This document shows positions 62,703-64,000 of a stretch of 64,000 nucleotides of DNA, piece by piece. The DNA is from Candidatus Poribacteria bacterium (GTDB lineage Bacteria; Poribacteria; WGA-4E; PCPOR2b). The notes below the pieces were generated by a model, which saw only the letters and a list, made by a program, of their open reading frames with translations, ran no database searches and was not told the DNA's origin. The DNA is taken from positions 5,440,001 to 5,504,000 of the forward strand of contig OZ244042.1 of the NCBI GenBank assembly GCA_965215015.1. The letters are read 5' to 3'. The translations under genes and the position numbers were made by a program. Within the stretch, counting starts at the first letter, position 1; each line of letters opens with the position of its first letter.

Positions 62703-63407
62703 ATGCCCGCTTCCATTGATGTTGTTTTTACACCAGATCTCCTACCGTTTTCTGACCTCACAGGCAAAACAGTTGTCGTCGCCGATATTTTGCGTGCGAC
62801 AACCACTATTACCTTCGCTGTGGCAAACGGCGCAACAGCCATCACACCTGTCCTAACTCCTGAAGATGCCTTTCGTCTTGCTAGGAATCAACCGAACACA
62901 TTAAGCGGCGGCGAGCGTGGTGGGATGAAAGTTGATGGGTTCAATCTTGGAAATTCACCGCGTGAATATACCGAAGCGGTCGTCTCGGACCGGCAAATCG
63001 TCTTGACAACGACCAACGGAACACGTACCCTACAAGCCTGCCGTGCCGCTGAACGGGTTCTCGTCGGATCTTTCCTCAATCTTGGTGCGATTGTGGACCG
63101 GCTGGCCCAAGTAGCAGGGGAGCTTGTCCTCGCATGTTCTGGCAGAGAAGGCGGTTTCTGCACGGAAGATACTGTTTTCGCAGGGGCATGTGTGGCAGCA
63201 TTGACGGAACCCCTACCGACCGATGCCGCCGAAGCAGCAAAGATTCTCTATCAGACACACCGTGACAATCTGCTGGGTATGCTCAAGAATTGCTATCATG
63301 GTCAATATCTTGCAGACATTGGACTGGGGGAAGATCTCGAATTTTGCGCTCAAGTGGACCTCGTTGACGTTGTCCCCCGTCAGATTGACGGAAGGGTTAC
63401 TGCCTAA
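62703..63407 (+). CDS. comB: 2-phosphosulfolactate phosphatase family protein
   Basis: DILRATTTI, GER.G...GF.LGNSP.E, TTTNGT, ED...AG. Confidence 0.92.
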   Translation: MPASIDVVFTPDLLPFSDLTGKTVVVADILRATTTITFAVANGATAITPVLTPEDAFRLARNQPNTLSGGERGGMKVDGFNLGNSPREYTEAVVSDRQIVLTTTNGTRTLQACRAAERVLVGSFLNLGAIVDRLAQVAGELVLACSGREGGFCTEDTVFAGACVAALTEPLPTDAAEAAKILYQTHRDNLLGMLKNCYHGQYLADIGLGEDLEFCAQVDLVDVVPRQIDGRVTA

Positions 63408-63738
63408 AACTAGAGGTAGGTGAGAGAACACCGATTACCCAAAATCAGCCACATCCAAGCATCCGTGCGAATCCTTGATTCAGATACTTTCCAAGGCGAA
63501 CCCCTTCTCAGAAATGTGACACATCTGATGACGCTCTTTTGATAATTCAATTTATGAGCACCCCTCAGGTATCTTCGGGGAGGACCGCAATGTGCATCGT
63601 TCATCGGTCTAATGAATCAATGCCCGCCTTCCTGCTTCGCGCATTAGGTTTCACGCTTCACTCTAGCACTACCTTGACGCCCTGATAGACGTTATAAAGA
63701 AAGGTCACGGATATCCGTGATTCCTTTCATTTTATGAC

Positions 63739-63767
63739 TTGATCTCTTTTTTCCCTCATGCTATAAT
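63739..63767 (+). promoter_or_regulatory. Putative sigma70 promoter
   Basis: TTGATC-17-TATAAT with TG extension. Confidence 0.6.
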
Positions 63768-63870
63768 GACCATTGTTTGGATGAGCTGCAATTAAAATAC
63801 TCGGGTCGTGTCCTTATGTTTTTTACACGCCGTTTTACTAAATTCCATAAACTTTGAATTTGAGGTGAAG

Positions 63871-64000
63871 TTGGTGTTATCTCGACGTTCATTTTTTAAG
63901 TTTTTGGGCTGGGGGAATTTCCTCGCTGCTGCTGGACTCGCCTTCGGTCCTGGATTGATTCGATTCTTATACCCGCGAGTCCTTTTTGAACCATCTTCAG
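63871..64000 (+). CDS. 5' fragment, probably a Rieske Fe-S subunit of a bc/b6f-type complex
   Basis: Tat-like SRRSFF, TM helix, then RFLYPRVLFEP; RBS GAGGTG; truncated by the window edge. Confidence 0.6.
   Translation, partial: MVLSRRSFFKFLGWGNFLAAAGLAFGPGLIRFLYPRVLFEPSS

Overview
Bacterial chromosomal window of about 50% GC. The gene content and dense intergenic hairpin repeats suggest a Candidatus Poribacteria-like organism; this is inference, not a database result. Housekeeping genes include groEL with a perfect CIRCE, lexA, guaB, glyA, folC, hppA, accC, comB and an orphan nuoI. Envelope and secreted proteins include a DUF4159/VWA/DUF4175-type cluster, a TonB-dependent receptor, an M16 peptidase pair, and FG-GAP and Ig/FlgD proteins. 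The most notable observations are: (1) a candidate sphingolipid locus, with serine palmitoyltransferase and a bCerS-type GNAT directly behind an AT-rich SAM methyltransferase and an MlaEFD/Mce lipid transporter; (2) an apparent operon joining a 958-aa unknown protein, a catalytically dead malate/lactate dehydrogenase homolog, XdhC and a small basic protein; (3) at least four families of short non-autonomous TIR elements carrying interchangeable GTAG-REP hairpins; (4) candidate LexA and TetR operators; (5) several recent gene-inactivating lesions. I recognised no rRNA, tRNA, CRISPR array or intact transposase.
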